Source: Malacoraja senta
Lineage: Eukaryota
Reading direction: 5' to 3'
NCBI GenBank assembly: GCA_038087875.1
Contig: JAXLNO010003819.1
Location: 62,001 to 126,000 of the forward strand
DNA length: 64,000 nt
Shown here piece after piece: positions 63,086 through 64,000 of this stretch. The first letter of the stretch is position 1, and each line of letters begins with the position of its first letter. Below the pieces are notes generated by a model. It was not told the origin of the DNA. It saw only the letters and a list, made by a program, of their open reading frames with translations, and made no database searches. Both the position numbers and the translations under genes were made by a program.

Positions 63086-64000
63086 CGTAGGCAGGTGGGG
63101 TGTGCAGCCAGTCTTGATTATATTGCCTCTCGTGATAACGTTCAAAACCTGAAATGTCAACTCACAACATCGTTCGCTGCAGAGAAATAAAATATCCTGA
63201 CCTATACAGTCTCTCTCGGAATTGAACGTCTCCAGTCCTGGCAAAATCTTTGTCATTAATAATCTGCCACTCCCCAGATTAATGGTATCATTGCTAACAT
63301 ATTGCAATCTGGACAACATTGCACGTGCGGTCTCGCCAACGTCCTATACCAGATGGTTAAACTCCACTTATACCCAACTGCGTGCGACTCCGGAAGTGAA
63401 ATAAGCCCACACCTTAAGATGGCTGAGGGAAACAATATCCTACAATCCCCATACAAATTGACTCGCATCGCTTGCAAGCCGATTGCTCATGAACAAGATG
63501 GAGAAAATGCCCTGTTTCCATGCTGTATAACATGCAACTACCACTTACAGTGAGAGTTGGTTGAATATACCTGCCTCTCCCGTGAGGAAGAGTTGGCGCT
63601 GCGTCCCCTTTAAATATTTACCGACTCATTTTAGACTCCTGCCCTCTTTTAGAGACCTATATCAGAGGAACAAAATAAAAGACCTCGTCTTATTTTAACA
63701 CTCTATAACTCCTCGGGGTCTTGTGCGCGAGGAACCTCAGCATTATCAAGTCCATCTCACAATTTACAGCGTCCAATATGAGTATCATTCTTGTGAATAG
63801 AGTTGCATACTCCCTAGTTAAAATGGATTTTTAATGAATTATTTCGAAAAATAATATCCCTCCTCCTGTGCTGTACTGCTCTGTGAAGTTTTTTTCTGTG
63901 AATTGCTTAGTTTGAGTGCACAAAACATGACACTTCTTTCTTAGGTCACGACATTCTTCAGAATGATCTACTCCCAAACATGTACCGCCGGTCAGATTCT

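Noticed and set aside
1-64000. D, J or C segments, or germline-joined V(D)J
   Set aside because: I found no FGxG segment after a 12-RSS, no C-domain ORF and no heptamer-heptamer signal joint, and all V genes retain an RSS. The scan was by eye, so a short D could have been missed.

Overview
Eukaryotic, vertebrate genomic DNA containing an unrearranged (germline) T-cell receptor alpha/delta-type variable (V) gene cluster. The repeat landscape (tRNA-headed HE1/V-SINE-like SINEs, CR1, fish-type L1, Rex1/Babar, Penelope-like fragments) suggests a cartilaginous fish, probably a skate or ray; the taxon is an inference. I support 13 V segments. Each has a phase-1 leader exon (except V1, whose leader lies outside the window), a 304-307 nt V exon and a 3' RSS. 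Family A is four + strand copies in ~1.48 kb tandem units (V1-V3 intact, V4 frameshifted). Family B and relatives are nine copies in mixed orientation: V5-, V6-, V7+ (pseudogene), V8+, V9-, V10+ (pseudogene), V11+ (lacks the first Cys), V12-, V13-. V6-V12 sit in a ~15-17 kb cassette present about 2.3 times, with layered transposon insertions that order the duplications. I saw no D, J or C segments and no NAR-TCR or IgH-like V. There is one 210-N assembly gap. Most short ORFs in the supplied track are antisense shadows of V exons or repeats. All calls come from reading the sequence by eye; no database search was run.
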